Positions 32,776 to 46,783 of a stretch of 64,000 nt of DNA are shown here, piece by piece (the stretch's first letter is position 1; each line of letters begins with the position of its first letter). The notes beneath the pieces were generated by a model, which worked only from the letters and a program-made list of their open reading frames with translations, did no database searches and was not told where the DNA came from. Made by a program: the position numbers and the translations under genes. Source of the DNA: Neoconidiobolus thromboides FSU 785. Lineage: Eukaryota > Fungi > Entomophthoromycota. The stretch covers positions 24,755 to 88,754 of the forward strand of contig MU626342.1 of the NCBI GenBank assembly GCA_025603075.1, written 5' to 3'.

Positions 32776-35281
32776 ATGGCCACTCCATCAAGTCACTCAG
32801 AATCTAACGACGAAGATAGTATGCATTCAAGTAATTCAAAACATCTTCATAGTCCCAAAACTTTTATTAGTAATTTATTCAATGGTAATGATTTTTCTAA
32901 AATACCATTAAAATTGGATCATTGTTATCGACCATTATGGATCAATCCAGTAGAATTGTCAATAACATTGGAGAAACATTCTCCTTTAGCTAAACCAGCT
33001 CAAGATTTTTTAGCTGCTATAGCAGAGCCTATATCAAGGTAAACTCACGCAAAAAATTCAACGTTTTTTTATTTAAAAGGGTATTAATCTTTTTTGTTTA
33101 TTTATTTATACAGACCAATGTTTATGTTAGAATATAAAATTACTTCTTATTCTTTATATGCTGCTTTTTCTATTGGTTTACAAGCTAATGATATTATTAT
33201 TATGTTAAACAGATTGTCAAAGGTAACAAGATTTGATTATGTTATATTTTTATTATATTTATGACTAATTGAGTTAGTCCGAAATCCAACCTTCAGTTGT
33301 AGAGTTTATTAACAAATGTTCATTAACCTTTTCAAAAGCTAAATTAGTATTAAAATTGAATCGATATTTTATTGAATCTGAAGATCAATTAGCATTAAAA
33401 AAATTATTATTAGATGAGATTATTCGAGATGCTTGTATTAATTTATCAGATAATCAACAAGATAATAATAATAATAAAGATATTAATTTAATATCAACAG
33501 ATAAGCCAAGTAATAAAGGTTTATTAGTAGCTGGTATACCAAATAAAATAAAAACAATGGAAGATAATAAAGAGAATATAGATGGAAATGAAAGTATTGA
33601 ACTAGATATAAAAAAGATATTAGATAAGGAAGATGAAGAAGATGAAGAAGATATAAAACAACATGTTTATTCCTTTGAAATTGATAGTAAAAAAGTAGAA
33701 ACTATAAAAAAACAATGCCAATTATTAGATTATCCATTATTAGAAGAATATGATTTTCGTAATGATACCATCAATACAAGCCTTGAAATAGAATTAAAAC
33801 CCAATGTTACTTTAAGACCATATCAAGAAAAAAGCCTGAATAAAAAATTTTCTAATGGTAGAGCAAGATCAGGGATTATTGTATTACCTTGTGGAGCTGG
33901 TAAAACATTAGTTGGTATTGCAGCTGCATGTACAATTAAAAAAAGTTGTTTGATATTATGTACATCAGCAGTCTCCGTTTCTCAATGGAAATCTGAATTA
34001 TTAAAATGGTCCACAATTCAACCTGAAAAGGTAGCTACATTTACTTCTGGACATAAAGAATTTTATGCAGGCAAAATAGGAATTGTAATAACTACTTATT
34101 CAATGGTAGCTAATATTAAAAATCGATCTCATTCTTCTAAAAAAATGATGGATTATTTACAAAATCAAGAATGGGGTTTATTATTGTTAGATGAAGTACA
34201 TGTAGTACCAGCCAATATGTTTCGACAAGTAGTAAATAAAATCCATTGTCATAGTAAATTAGGATTAACAGCTACTTTAGTAAGAGAAGATGATAAAATT
34301 ACAGATTTAAATTTTTTAATTGGACCCAAATTATATGAAGCTAATTGGATGGAATTAGCATCTCAAGGTCATATTGCAAATGTAGAATGCGCTGAAGTTT
34401 GGTGTCCAATGACACGTGAATTTTATCGAGAATATTTACATGAATCCAGTCGTAAAAGAGCTTTGTTATATGCTATGAACCCAAGTAAATTTCAAGCATG
34501 TCAATATTTAATTCAATTACATGAATCTCGTGGGGATAAAATTATTGTGTTTTCCGATAATGTTTACGCTTTACAAGCCTATGCTTTAAAACTAAAAAAG
34601 CCTTTTATTTATGGAGCTACTTCTCAATTAGAAAGGATTCGTATATTACAACAATTTAAATATAATCCTATGATTAATACGGTATTTTTATCAAAAGTTG
34701 GAGATACTTCAATTGATTTACCAGAAGCTACAGTATTAATTCAAATTTCAGCTCATTATGGTTCAAGACGACAAGAAGCCCAAAGATTAGGACGAATTTT
34801 AAGAGCGAAAAAAAAAACACGAAATGTAACTTCTAAATTTAATGCATTTTTTTATAGTTTAGTATCTAAAGATACAGTTGAAATGTATTATTCCGGTAAA
34901 AGACAACAATTCTTAATTGATCAAGGATATGCTTTTAAAATTATTACTAAATTAGATGGTATTAATGAATTAGAAAATTTAGTTTATCCTACTCAATCCG
35001 ATCAATTAGAGTTATTACAAACCGTATTAATGACTTCGGAAAAAGATGGGGAATCTGAAGATGACAATTTTGATTTTGATTTTGATTTTGATTTTGATTT
35101 AGATAATTCAAATATGGATAGTTTAGAAGGAGATAACTTACCTCTACCTAAAAGAATGTTGGGTTCAATGAAATCTTTAGCTGGAGCAGATTCAATGGCT
35201 TATATTGAATATAATAGACCTGTTGCTCATCAATTTAGAGATAAAGAAAACCAATTATTTCGCAAAAAGAGTAAAAAATAA
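32776..35281 (+). CDS. SSL2: TFIIH helicase XPB (Ssl2/Rad25), with two 5' introns
   Basis: [69 protein letters not shown]. Confidence 0.97.
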
Positions 35282-35462
35282 ATTGAGATGTATGTCAAGC
35301 AAATAATAATATTTCAATGTTATGTATAATAATTATTTATATTAATAAAAAAGAAAAAAAAAGATTCTACTCTTATTATTTTTTTGTATTGTATTATATA
35401 TTATATTAAATAAAATAAATAAAAATAAAATTTACTTAAAATCTTTTAATTTGATATTGAAT

Positions 35463-36274
35463 TTAAACAACTCGACGATTTTCAAAAAAGGATTTAAGAT
35501 AAGTAATTTGCCAATAACAAATTCCAATTACAGAAATTATTTGAAAATAAGTCCACCATTGAATTTTATTAGAGGTGACTTCAGCAACTATAAATAAATA
35601 ATATTAATATGTTATTATTTATTATCATTATAATTATATTTTTATATTATATATTATTACCTCTATTATGATAACCATCTCTATCAATAGAAGATTGAAT
35701 TTGACCTTCAATTTTACTAATATATTCCTTCATTTTATCTAATTCTTGTTGAACCCATTGATGAGAGTCATCATCTAATAGTAAATAAATTAATTAGTAA
35801 TAAAATTAATAAATTAAATATCATTAGCTTACTTTTTTTATCTTCCATATTATTGTATTTTAATAGTTGAGGTACAAATACTAACTTTTTTTGTGTTAGT
35901 TGATTACCAAAACAATATTTATGATCCCCTGGATTCGAGGCATTATATGAATAATACGCATCTTTACGATCTGGGGTATGTTTTAACAATACATTAAATG
36001 GGTTAAAGAGCTACAATAAAATTAACGTATATTAATAATCCTCTTTTTCAAGTATTATAAATTATATTAAATAATACATATATATTATTTATTTTACCTT
36101 AAAATCAATAATTTGATCCCCGCCTTCAATAGCGTCATAAGATAATAAAAATAAATCTAATTTTTCCATAGTAATATAATAACAATCCGTTTGATCTGCT
36201 TCCATTATAGTTCGAAAGCTAGTTAAGGAACATAATAATAAAGTAATGCTAATAATAATAGTTTGAATTTTCAT
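35463..36274 (-). CDS. p24/GOLD family cargo receptor (multi-exon)
   Basis: Signal peptide, DCYY...YDAIEGG, YCFGN, VAEVTSNKIQWW, C-terminus FENRRVV*. Confidence 0.85.
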
Positions 36275-36739
36275 TGTTTTCTTTGTCTTATCTAAATCCA
36301 AAAATTAAATAATCTTTTTCAGCTCCTTTAATTGTAAGTTGAATTTCATTATTTTTATTAAGAGCTTGAATTTAATTGGTCTCTAAAAATATTGATGTGA
36401 TAAAAACTAATTGGCGTTGAATTTGAACTTGTATTTTTTTAAAAAAATCATAATTTTTGGTAAAGAAGGAATTTTTAATCTTTTAGAAATTTTTTAAAAT
36501 CAATTTTTAGAACATTAAATAAATAATATATAATATTGACTTTAACCTTAATATATTAATTGTCAATAACATTATTTTTGGATTTTTAAGTAATGTTTAG
36601 TATTTTTTTTTACTCATTAATATTTTATCTTACTAAAGCATCTATCCCTTTAAAATATGTTAAAGAAATAATTTACTCAATAGTAACAATAAATAAAAAA
36701 AAGAAGGTTTGCTACTGATATAGATCATAATCAACATAT

Positions 36740-36836
36740 GGGGATGTATTTTTTTGCTTAAGGATTTTACTAATGATTTTTCTACTTAAATAGTGCTTAA
36801 AAAATGGAAAAGTAATGAAACTAAAAAAGCATCCCC
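36740..36836 (+). mobile_element. MITE copy, TSD ATAT
   Basis: GGGGATG...CATCCCC with ATAT on both sides. Confidence 0.9.
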
Positions 36837-37485
36837 ATATGTTGAATACATTATTTAACTACTGTATGATGACTTTAACAATTTAAGGGTTAAGGAGGTA
36901 GGAGAGTAAAGATATATTGAAAACTAACTCAAAATATTTAAAAGAATAAAATATGTTTATAAACAATAATAAGCTCTCTACTCACCCTTTTTATTAATTT
37001 ATTTAATAGCTTAATAGTCATGTTTTTATCCTATTATTTTTGTGTTTAACTAATATTTCTATCTATTTATTCTAAAAAACAAACTTGTATTTTTATTTTA
37101 TATATTTTTATAAAATTTAGCCTATCCTTTTCAATAAAACTTATGATCTCATGCTTTCTCTCCCTTGATAAAATAGATAAATTATTAAAATAAACCAATC
37201 TAATACTTAGAATAGAAGTATTCACCAAAAATTTCTACCAATTAAATTAATCTATTGAATTACCAACTTTTATGATATCAATATCAAAAAAAATAAGGGT
37301 AAATTAAATTTATTTGAACTTTTTTCTCTAAAATTAATAAGTATTTTTTTTGTCCTATTAATTTAACCCATTATAAATTTTCATATTTTTATTATTTCTT
37401 TAAATTTGTATATATTTTTATTCTTTTATATATTCAAATACACAAAAATCAATTTATATAGTCTTCATATCAATCTTAATAAATT

Positions 37486-39057
37486 ATGTCTGATAACAAT
37501 GTTTGCACTGAACCACCTAATATGGTAAGAAATATGCCATTAAATAACAATAGAAGATTACATTCTAGAGCTTATCCTCAACCACCTGTAAACTTACGAC
37601 GACCAAGAGGTGTAAGCTCACCACAACCATTAAATCGTAATACCTTATCGCCCACTTCATTAAGTATGTCAACATCTTCAACTACAGATAGTATCAATTT
37701 GACCTTATCACCAAGAGTTAATAATGGATTAAGACCTAACTTATCACCACAAAGACCTAACTTAAGTCCATTAATTTCACCTGCTTCAACTACACAAGGA
37801 GGACCTATCCAATTGCCTACACCTATTAATATGGTAGATAGATTAACTTCATTACCAAATAATAATCAACGTAATTTAAGTCCAATGCAACGTTTTTTAA
37901 ACTTAGCAAGGAAATTATCCCCAAGGTCCAATCAAAATTCACAGCAACTACAATCTATTGGTAATCGATTACAACAAGTAGAGAGATTAGGTAGTGAAAG
38001 ACATTCATTTAATGGATATAGAAGATATAGTCCTTCATATGAAAATAATCGACCTCAACCTTTATTTCCTAATAATATTAAAGATGCAGGAGATATTATG
38101 AATAAATTATTAGCTAGTAATCCACCAGCAAATAATCCATCTCCAGCTATGAGAAGAATTCGTAATTTAACACCTAAATTATTATTAAAATCTCCACCTA
38201 AAAATCAAAATAATAAAGTTAATGGAGTAAAGAAAGCAGGTGTTATTGGTAGTTCACCTTTAAGTCAACCTCCATTAATGATTAATAATAATAATAATAA
38301 TAATGAATCTCCAATTGATAAATTACCATTAGAATTATTAAATTTGATTTTTTCAAAATTATATTCACCAAAAGATTTAATTAATTGTTCATTAGTATGT
38401 AAACGTTGGCAAGCACCAGCAAAAGATGCCCTAGATACTTTATTAAAAAATAAGCCATATGCTGATTTACCTATGTTACGTACATTAAGGAAAGGATTAA
38501 ATGAAAAACAGAATAAGAGTATCCCTCAAATTGTTAATGAATTATCTATTGAATATTGTCAAAGTAATCCAAAAATTTATCAACAATTCTTACCCGATAA
38601 TTCACCAGAAACAATGATATCTCATTTATTTTGGATCTTTTTATTTTTAGATAGAGAATTTCGAAATGGTAATAATAGAAGACTAAGCTGTGATTATTTT
38701 ATTAAATTAGTTCATAATGGAATTTCAAATACAATTGATAAAAGTACACTAAAGGTAATTAATTATATTATATATATATATGAATTTTAATTTTAATATC
38801 ATATTAATTAACATTTATTTTATTATTATTCTATATAGTCTTTATATCAAGATATTAAAGCAAATCCATTGATAATAGAAACGGAAGATAATTCTACAAT
38901 TTATATAAGTAATGGTGGTGGTATGCAACAGTTTTTACCTCATCCAATACGTAAATGGTGGCGTCGAATTACACATCGTAATTTAAATATTGAGGTAGCT
39001 GAATTAGATGCTTTATCCGATGTTGAAGAAGAAGATCCATTTCGACCATTGGAATAA
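37486..39057 (+). CDS. F-box protein with a degenerate Sec7-like C-terminal region (FBXO8-like), 2 exons
   Basis: F-box LPLELLNLIFSKL...CSLVCKRW; YCQSNP...LFWIFLFLDREFRN resembles the Sec7 C-terminal helices; low-complexity Pro/Ser/Asn N-terminus. Confidence 0.7.
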
Positions 39058-39349
39058 AGAAAAGAGAAAGCGGAAGAGTGGAAATGAGTTTTGTGAGATT
39101 ATGTTATTAATTTTTTTTAAATTTACCTAAAAGTGAGGAAAAAGAGAATATTTTATCTAGAGTATTATACTCAATTTTTGTTATTATCACCATATCATCA
39201 TAGTCTCTTTTTCTTTTATTATATATATATTATATATAAGTATAGTTGAAATAATTAGCGTATATAAATCTATTATATAAATAAAGAAACATATTTTGTA
39301 TAAATCAAATCCTTTATCTTTTATATACAAGTATATTTTTTTAATATAT

Positions 39350-39448
39350 GAGAGTGTTTTTTTTGACTTCATTGTTTTTTCCATTTTTCAAGCAGTATTT
39401 AAGCGGAAAATTTGTTAGTAAAATTCTTAAACACAAAAATATATCCCC
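39350..39448 (-). mobile_element. MITE copy, first of a tandem pair
   Basis: GAGAGTG...ATCCCC; ATAT at 39346-39349 and 39449-39452. Confidence 0.85.
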
Positions 39449-39452
39449 ATAT

Positions 39453-39545
39453 GGGAGTGTTTTTTTTGGTTTCATCATATTTGATTTTTAAGTGCTATTT
39501 AAGTGGAAAGATTGTTAGTAAATTCCTCAAACAAAAAAAAATATT
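39453..39545 (-). mobile_element. MITE copy, second of the tandem pair, decayed right end
   Basis: GGGAGTG start directly after the shared ATAT. Confidence 0.7.
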
Positions 39546-39714
39546 TAACTTATAACAATTATCTCAAGAAAAAATCAAAAACTAATATAACTCAATTATC
39601 AGTATTACTTCTATAACTTTTATAATAAATAAATGAATAAAAACACTAGATATTATTGTGTATAATTTTATTATTTAAGTAGCAAAACAAAAGTCAAATT
39701 CATTATTACAATAT

Positions 39715-39813
39715 GGAGATGTTTTTTTTGGCTTCATTACTTTTTCCATTTTTTAAGCACTATCTAAATGGAAAAATTGGTAGTAAAATTCTTGAACACA
39801 AAAACACGTCCCC
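39715..39813 (-). mobile_element. MITE copy, TSD ATAT, 28 bp from the LRR gene stop
   Basis: GGAGATG...CGTCCCC with ATAT on both sides. Confidence 0.9.
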
Positions 39814-39841
39814 ATATATTTGTTAATATTGATTTTTTTTC

Positions 39842-41988
39842 CTATTGCTTTGGAATTCTCCCCTTCAAATATTCAAGTAAATAACTACTTCCTTTTTGTA
39901 ATATTTGATATCGTGGAAATAAGAATGCATTTCCTAATACTTCTAATGTCTTTACCTTCGATTCTTCACATGCAATCATTGGAGGTAAGGATTTAATTTG
40001 ATTATTAGATAAATCTAAATATGGAATCTTAATTAAAAATGATAAACTTTGTTTAATATCTTCAATTTGATTATTAGTTATAAGTAAACTAGTTAAATTA
40101 GGTACATGTGTATGTTGAAGTTCAATAGTTGGTAATTCTTGAATATTATTAAAACCTAAATTTAATGTTTTTAAATTTGGAAATAATGGAATATCACTAT
40201 TGTTTTCTTTTACAAATGGAAATTCAATCAATTTATTATATTTCAATTCTAAATTATTTAATTTAAAAAATATTTGATTTATTTGTACCTTTTTTAATAA
40301 ATTATTATTTAATTTAATAGTTTCTAAACTATCTTTATATAAATATAATGATTTTGGAAATTCACTTAATTGATTTTTTTCAAAGTCAATTACTTTTGGT
40401 ATAATAGGTAAATTACCTTGCATACTTTCGTCAATTTGAATATCATTTAATTGTTGATTATTTAATTTAATTATTTGATTAACTAATTCATGTTTACTAA
40501 ATGGAATTAAACTATCTTTATCAAATAATAATAATTGTTGATTATTATCATTATTATTGTTTACAATTATTTCATTATTATTATTATTATTATTATTTTG
40601 TTGATTACTATTGATATTATTACTGTTATTATTGTTATTCTCTTTATCTTTATTGTTACTTGCATTCAGTTCCTCCCTTTGTCTCAAAATAGTTAAGAAT
40701 TCTTCCATTCCCACATTATGAATTTTAGGTAATGCTCTTAAACTATTTCCCTCAAATAAAAATTGTTTTAAATTATTTAAATAACCTAATTTATAATCAA
40801 TATTCTTTAATTGATTATTAGAAATATCTAACATTGTAAGTTGATTTAATTTAATTATATTTTCTGGAAATTCAAAGAATTGATTATTATTTAATATTAA
40901 ACTTGTTATTGACGGTGTTTGTAATAATATATCATGAATGTTCGATAACTGATTATTAGATAAATTCAATTGTTTTAATTGTGAATAAGTACTATTATTG
41001 TTATTATTACTTTGTAGTTCCTTTATTCTATTAAATGAACAATCTAAATAATTTAATTTATTCAACTTAGATTCATACTCAAAAAATGGGATTGATTCTA
41101 ATCGATTTCTCTTTAAGTTTAATGTAGTTAATGATTGTAACTCTTTAATTTCAATTGGCAATTGTTGCAATTTATTATTAGATAAATCTAAATTAACTAA
41201 TTTATTTAATTGATTAATACTATCATGAATATTAGTAATAAAATTATTCGATAAATTAAGTGTAACTAATGTCTCATTAATCTCCTTATTCAAAATATTA
41301 TAATTGAAGTCTTGAATTTCATTATGACTTAAATTTAATTCAGTTAATTTTAGATTGAATAATTCTTGTGGCAAATGTTGCAGCTTATTATGAGATAAAT
41401 TTAATATTTTTAAATTGAAAAATCCATCTACTTTAGTAGTAATTTCCTGAATACGATTATTCATTAACTAAAAGTAAAAAAAATCATTACCATCATTATT
41501 ACATACTTGATTGAAAAAAACTTACATCCACCACAATCAATTCTTTAAAATTTTCCATAATTCTTTCATCAATATTCTTCAATTGGTTATCATTTAAATA
41601 CAATTTGGTTATTTCTTTTTGTTCCCACCATTGTACCCGATCATTATTTCCACTCAAATCAACGGTCACACTTCTTTTTCCTACTTGAAACTCAGAAAAC
41701 ATGGAATCCGGTAAACTCTCCAAGCCTCGGTTGTTCAATGCTAGCTTCCCTATATAATTAGTTCATTTTAATTCATTTTCACCTTATTTTTATCCTATAT
41801 AATCTAAATAAACAACTCATAATTTACTTACCACTACTCTTTGCCACTTCTAGCAACTTTCTCATTGCATTTTCTCCAATTTCTTGATTCTCAGATTGTA
41901 CACTAACCGCATCAAATGGGTCCACTGTTTTTGTACGTCGAATAGTAGCTCTTCTTTGTGCTATTTGATTTCGAATACTTTCACTCAT
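39842..41988 (-). CDS. Leucine-rich repeat protein, LRRC40-like, 3 exons
   Basis: WWEQKEITKLYLNDN motif, many LxxLxLxxN repeats, C-terminal GSSYLLEYLKGRI. Confidence 0.85.
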
Positions 41989-42251
41989 ATAGACAGTTTA
42001 TTTAAGTTCCAAAAACTGAAGTTAGTATTTTTATCAATCCAAAAGTATAATGTTAATTAGTAGTTAAGCTAACCAATCAGTAATAAGATGCGTCAAACTG
42101 GGTGACTGGCTCAATTACACTAACTTTGAAAAATTGGTCAATTTTGTTTAAATATTGAGCTTATGAAAATAATACAGGTTTATTCAAAATAACTTATTAA
42201 TTTTTTCTTGTTTAAATAAAATTAGTTAGTATAATAGATAAGTAAATACAA

Positions 42252-42323
42252 TTCTTCATGGTCCAGTGGTTAGGATTTTCCGCTTTCACCGGAACGGCCG
42301 GGGTTCGATTCCCCGTGAGGAAG
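42252..42323 (+). tRNA. tRNA-Glu (anticodon TTC)
   Basis: Acceptor stem TTCTTCA/TGAGGAA, anticodon arm TTCCG-CTTTCAC-CGGAA, T-loop GGTTCGATT. Confidence 0.95.
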
Positions 42324-42480
42324 TCAATTGAAATCTGTATTTATAAATTTATTTTATTTTATACTATTTAAATAGATATATGTAATATTTTAACTTAATG
42401 TAATTTCATAGAGCTTTGATTTGAAATAAAGTATATATATATGTGTGTTTTTTTAAGGATTTTAATTAAACAAAATATAT

Positions 42481-42535
42481 AGAGATATCTGAACTGATTT
42501 CAGAATTTACTTAAAAATCAATCTAAATTTATAAG
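42481..42535 (+). mobile_element. Solo terminus of the Sola-like element
   Basis: ATAT+AGAGATATCTGAACTGATTTCAGAATTTACTTAAAAATC matches the reverse complement of the right end at 19026. Confidence 0.6.
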
Positions 42536-42553
42536 TTCTTAATATATAATATT

Positions 42554-42930
42554 TGTGAAACCTGGTACTTAATGATTGGAGCCAGAAACAGTTTTTGCTT
42601 GATTAATTAGTTGTAAGTCAAAATGTCTTAGTTTATATAATTAAGATAGACTTGAATTATGAACAATAGCACGTAATATACTACAAACTATGTAAGACGA
42701 ATAGAATAGACAATACTATTATAAAATCTATGTAAATTACTATTAAGAAAACTTAGTGATTTTATTAAGTGTATGAGATATCAGGGAATAGTTCAATTAA
42801 AAAGTCTCAAGTTATTATGTTTTAAAATCTCTTTTATACTCCAAGTATGGATATCAAAATAAAAGGCTTGGGATTGACTGTGGCTGAACTCGAGAACATA
42901 ATAACTTAAGTGATTATTATATTATAATCA
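42554..42930 (+). repeat. Dispersed repeat, possible solo LTR (TG...CA)
   Basis: Aligns along its length with 63734-64000; near-TSD ATATT/ATATA; right end uncertain. Confidence 0.6.
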
Positions 42931-42961
42931 ATATAGAGCTGACAAAGCAATATTTGACAAC

Positions 42962-42990
<29 letters not shown>
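42962..42990 (+). repeat. (TAA)n microsatellite
   Basis: Read directly from the sequence. Confidence 0.9.
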
Positions 42991-42993
<3 letters not shown>

Positions 42994-43014
42994 TAAATTT
43001 AATTTTTAACAATT

Positions 43015-43112
43015 GGGGATGTATTTTTTTGTTTAAGAATTTTACCAATAGTCCTTCTACTCAAATAATGCTTAAAAAATGGAAAAGTAATGAACTCAAA
43101 AAAAACATCCCC
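43015..43112 (+). mobile_element. MITE copy, TSD AATT
   Basis: AATT at 43011-43014 and 43113-43116. Confidence 0.9.
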
Positions 43113-43331
43113 AATTATAAGAAAACAAAATAAAGAAAATACAAGGTATTAAATAATATTTATGTTTTATTAAATATAATAATAAACTAAAAAAATAACA
43201 TAGTTTTAACTAAAATTATAAAGTTTGTAAAAAGAAGTTAAAAGCTTTAATACTTAACAAGTAGTTTGTTAAATAATAGAAATTATTAAATATTAATAAT
43301 ATTTAAGTTATTAATAACTAAATTAATAAAT

Positions 43332-43428
43332 GGGGATGTTTTTTTTGAGTTCATTATTTTTCCATTTTTTAAGTGCTATTTAAGTGAAAAGGTTGTTAGC
43401 AAAATTCTTAAACAAAAAATACATCCCT
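43332..43428 (-). mobile_element. MITE copy, TSD AAAT
   Basis: AAAT at 43328-43331 and 43429-43432; end reads CATCCCT. Confidence 0.9.
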
Positions 43429-43491
43429 AAATAGTTAATATTCTTATATCTCATTTAAATAATTTCTTTAGTTATTTTTTATACAATTAAT

Positions 43492-43590
43492 GGGAGTGTT
43501 TTTTTTGACTTCATTATTTCTTCCATTTTTTAAACGCTATTTAAGCGGAAAATTTGTCAGTAAAATTCTTAAACACAAAAATACATCCCC
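43492..43590 (-). mobile_element. MITE copy (imperfect TSD)
   Basis: GGGAGTG...CATCCCC. Confidence 0.85.
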
Positions 43591-44723
43591 AATTATAAAA
43601 ATAAAAATAAAAATAAATTTTTATTTTTATTTTTATTTTGTTATTATAAAGAAATATGTTTACTTTCGTAATATTTGTGATTAATGTAATACCTTGTAGA
43701 ATATTTTAAATCAAAAAATAATTGTATAGAGTTTAATTTTATCTAATTAAAAAAACTAATGTTTTTAATCATCTTATTGGTTAATAAAAGTAACATCAAC
43801 TTGACTTAAAATCATCAATATAAATAATATTAGATTGATATTTAATTTAATATTATACTTTGTTTTAAGAAGTTTATATTTTAAAATAATATACCTCACT
43901 TTTGAAAAACTTATAAAATAAATCTTAAATAGCAATTGATTATTTAATCTCAAACTACTCAAACTAAGCAAAAGTATTAAGATTAAAGACTATATTCATT
44001 AAATGAGTAGATTTGAAGAAAATGATTGGTTAGAGTATAAGATTAAAAAAAGTATTTAAATAGTTTAAATTGATATTGAATAAGTTTAAAAATTCAAAAT
44101 AATCTAAAATTATTATTTATTATTGAAACTTTTCTATCAGATTGAGGTTAAATAATAAATTCATAACTTCATTTATATAATTTTTAATTTACTCAAAAAA
44201 GTTCGCAAATAATATTGTAGTATGTATACAAAATATAACAATTGACAGCTATTATTATCAGTATTATTTATATAATATGATATCTTTGTTTTTATAATAG
44301 ATAATCTTATCATTATCTTTAGTAATAATTGAGTAATAGTATAATAATAGTAATAAAATACAGATTCAATCTGATGAAAATGATAGAACATTTATCCGTT
44401 AATTTCAGTAATAAATTTAACTTATTAATCATTAAAATCTATCAAAAAAGCTGATAAAATCATTAACAAAAATTAATAGAAATAAACTGTAAAAAATAGA
44501 ATTCTATTTCAAGCTTAGAAAATAAACCAATTAAAAAAATCTTATCTGATTAAAAAAGGAAATCCAAATCTCCAAAAAAGCTGATCAAGACAGTTTCTAA
44601 ACCAATCACAATACAGTATCAATCAATTTATTCTTCATCAACTGTGCAAAACGAAATTTTAAAAAATAAGATAGAAATTTGTATACATTTATTTTAGAGT
44701 TAATAACTTCTTAAAAAATAATA

Positions 44724-46166
44724 ATGGCTTATTTAACAGTAAATCAAACTCCAAGTTTAAATTTAAATTTAAATAACAGTCAAGAATTATCCAATACAAA
44801 TAGTAACAATATTGGTAATAACTCTATGTCTGATACACAACTAACTCCCCAAGACAACGCTATAAATACCAATGATACCAATGATATCAATGATACCAAT
44901 AACACATTATCGGAAGATAAATCTCTAGCCACTATATGCAGTAACTGTGGTACAAAAAAGACGCCATTGTGGCGACGAGATAATGATGGCCAACCGTTAT
45001 GTAATGCATGTGGTTTATACTATAAAACTAATAATGCTTTACGTCCAATCTGTAAAGGAAAAAAAAGCAAAGAAGAAGATAACAATGAGGATCCAAGCCA
45101 AGTGAAAGGCACTTGTCCAGGGGATGGAAACTGTGATGGTACCGGAGGTAAAGTGGCTTGTGATGGTTGTCCAGCTTATAATCAACAATTGGATAAAAAA
45201 TTATTGGAATGTTTTAATTGTAAAACTAGTAATACACCATTATGGCGTAGGGATGAAATGGGTCGAAATATGTGTAATGCTTGTGGTTTACATTATAAAA
45301 CTCATGGTAAACATAGGTCCGTTTATTTAAAATCGGAAGTCATTAAAAGGAGACGTAGATTTGCTAATAATAGTAAGGTAAAAGAAAAAATTAATAAAAA
45401 TAAAAAGGAAGGTAATGGGATTGAGGACAATATGGATATAGAGCAAGTACCTAATATTGAAGATTTTATTCAGCCTAACAAGAAATACAATGTTAATGCT
45501 CAACAAGCAGAGCCTAAAATTAAAATTATACCTCAAATGTCTGAATCTAGTATTATGACTGAAAAAGACAACCATAGTCCATTGATTAATAATACAGCCA
45601 TCAATATTAATGAATTACATTTAAAATTATCGCAAACTAAAGCATTAACTGAAAATAATGTTATTAATCAAAATAATACTAGTGATAATAATTTTAAATT
45701 ACCCCCTATCAATTCTTTTTTTTTTGATAACAAGCAAACCGCTGATCCCCTCCCTACTACCAATAGGAATCATAGCAGTAACAACGAAATAGTAAACTAT
45801 TCAAATAATAGTGTAGAAATTAACTACAAACATAGCAATACTACTCCTACTTTAAACTATAAACAAGCACCATTACAACTTTTACCCCAAGCACTTGGGC
45901 CTCAATGTAACTCATACAGTCCCAATTTAAGCTATGAAAATTTAATATCGCATCGCAATGAATTAATGAATGAAGTTAATAACTTAAATCGATTATTAAA
46001 AAATACCAATCATTTATTAATGAATTTAGATCATATGATTACCAACTTTGAACAACCTCAAAGGTCACCAAAACCACCCAATTCTTCTCCAAAATTTTTG
46101 GGAAATGGAAGGCAACAACAGCAAAATAAAAGTCCTAGTTCTAATGAGTTTTATAAATACTCATAG
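44724..46166 (+). CDS. sreA: Iron-responsive GATA repressor, SreA/Urbs1/Fep1 type
   Basis: Two CxxC-17-CxxC GATA fingers flanking the Cys-rich [25 protein letters not shown]. Confidence 0.9.
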   Translation: MAYLTVNQTPSLNLNLNNSQELSNTNSNNIGNNSMSDTQLTPQDNAINTNDTNDINDTNNTLSEDKSLATICSNCGTKKTPLWRRDNDGQPLCNACGLYYKTNNALRPICKGKKSKEEDNNEDPSQVKGTCPGDGNCDGTGGKVACDGCPAYNQQLDKKLLECFNCKTSNTPLWRRDEMGRNMCNACGLHYKTHGKHRSVYLKSEVIKRRRRFANNSKVKEKINKNKKEGNGIEDNMDIEQVPNIEDFIQPNKKYNVNAQQAEPKIKIIPQMSESSIMTEKDNHSPLINNTAININELHLKLSQTKALTENNVINQNNTSDNNFKLPPINSFFFDNKQTADPLPTTNRNHSSNNEIVNYSNNSVEINYKHSNTTPTLNYKQAPLQLLPQALGPQCNSYSPNLSYENLISHRNELMNEVNNLNRLLKNTNHLLMNLDHMITNFEQPQRSPKPPNSSPKFLGNGRQQQQNKSPSSNEFYKYS

Positions 46167-46783
46167 TTGGAAAGTATATATTTTTTTGGGTATTGGGGAT
46201 TGCAGTGGAGTTCAAGTTTAAATATGTTTTTATAATTATACATAGGTAGAGAGACCATAATATGTAGAAAACAATATCTTTTTTGAACCTTTTTCACTTT
46301 TAAAAATAATTTTATTATACATATACATTGATTAAATAATTTATTTCTTTTTTTTAGTTATTGATTTTTTTATATTTACTTTTCATTTTAATTTACTTAT
46401 ATTACATATAAATATCTTTTTTGGTTTTAATTATTTTCTATTTTTTATGGAATATAATAAGGATTGACAGTTAAATATTGAATCAAAAAGCCATCAGATA
46501 CATTAGAAATTAATCTGTGAAAAGTCGGTTAAATATATTATAATAAAAATAAATTTAACAAATCAAAAAAATTCAAAACTATAATTTCAGTACAAAAAAG
46601 ATGTATTAATATTAGTTAGGATTATACTTGAAACAATACTTTACCATATAGCCATATGGATCAAATTAAATGAAAGCTGGATGTTAAAAAAAGTAGTAGA
46701 ATGAAGGCAGATAAATAGTAATTAATTTATCAAAAACATATCGAAAGGTATTAAATTTTTTTAAACAGATATCGTTTCTCAAT

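Noticed and set aside
35060-35101. (GATTTT)n repeat in SSL2
   Set aside because: In-frame (DF)n low-complexity tract in a variable acidic tail; ordinary slippage.
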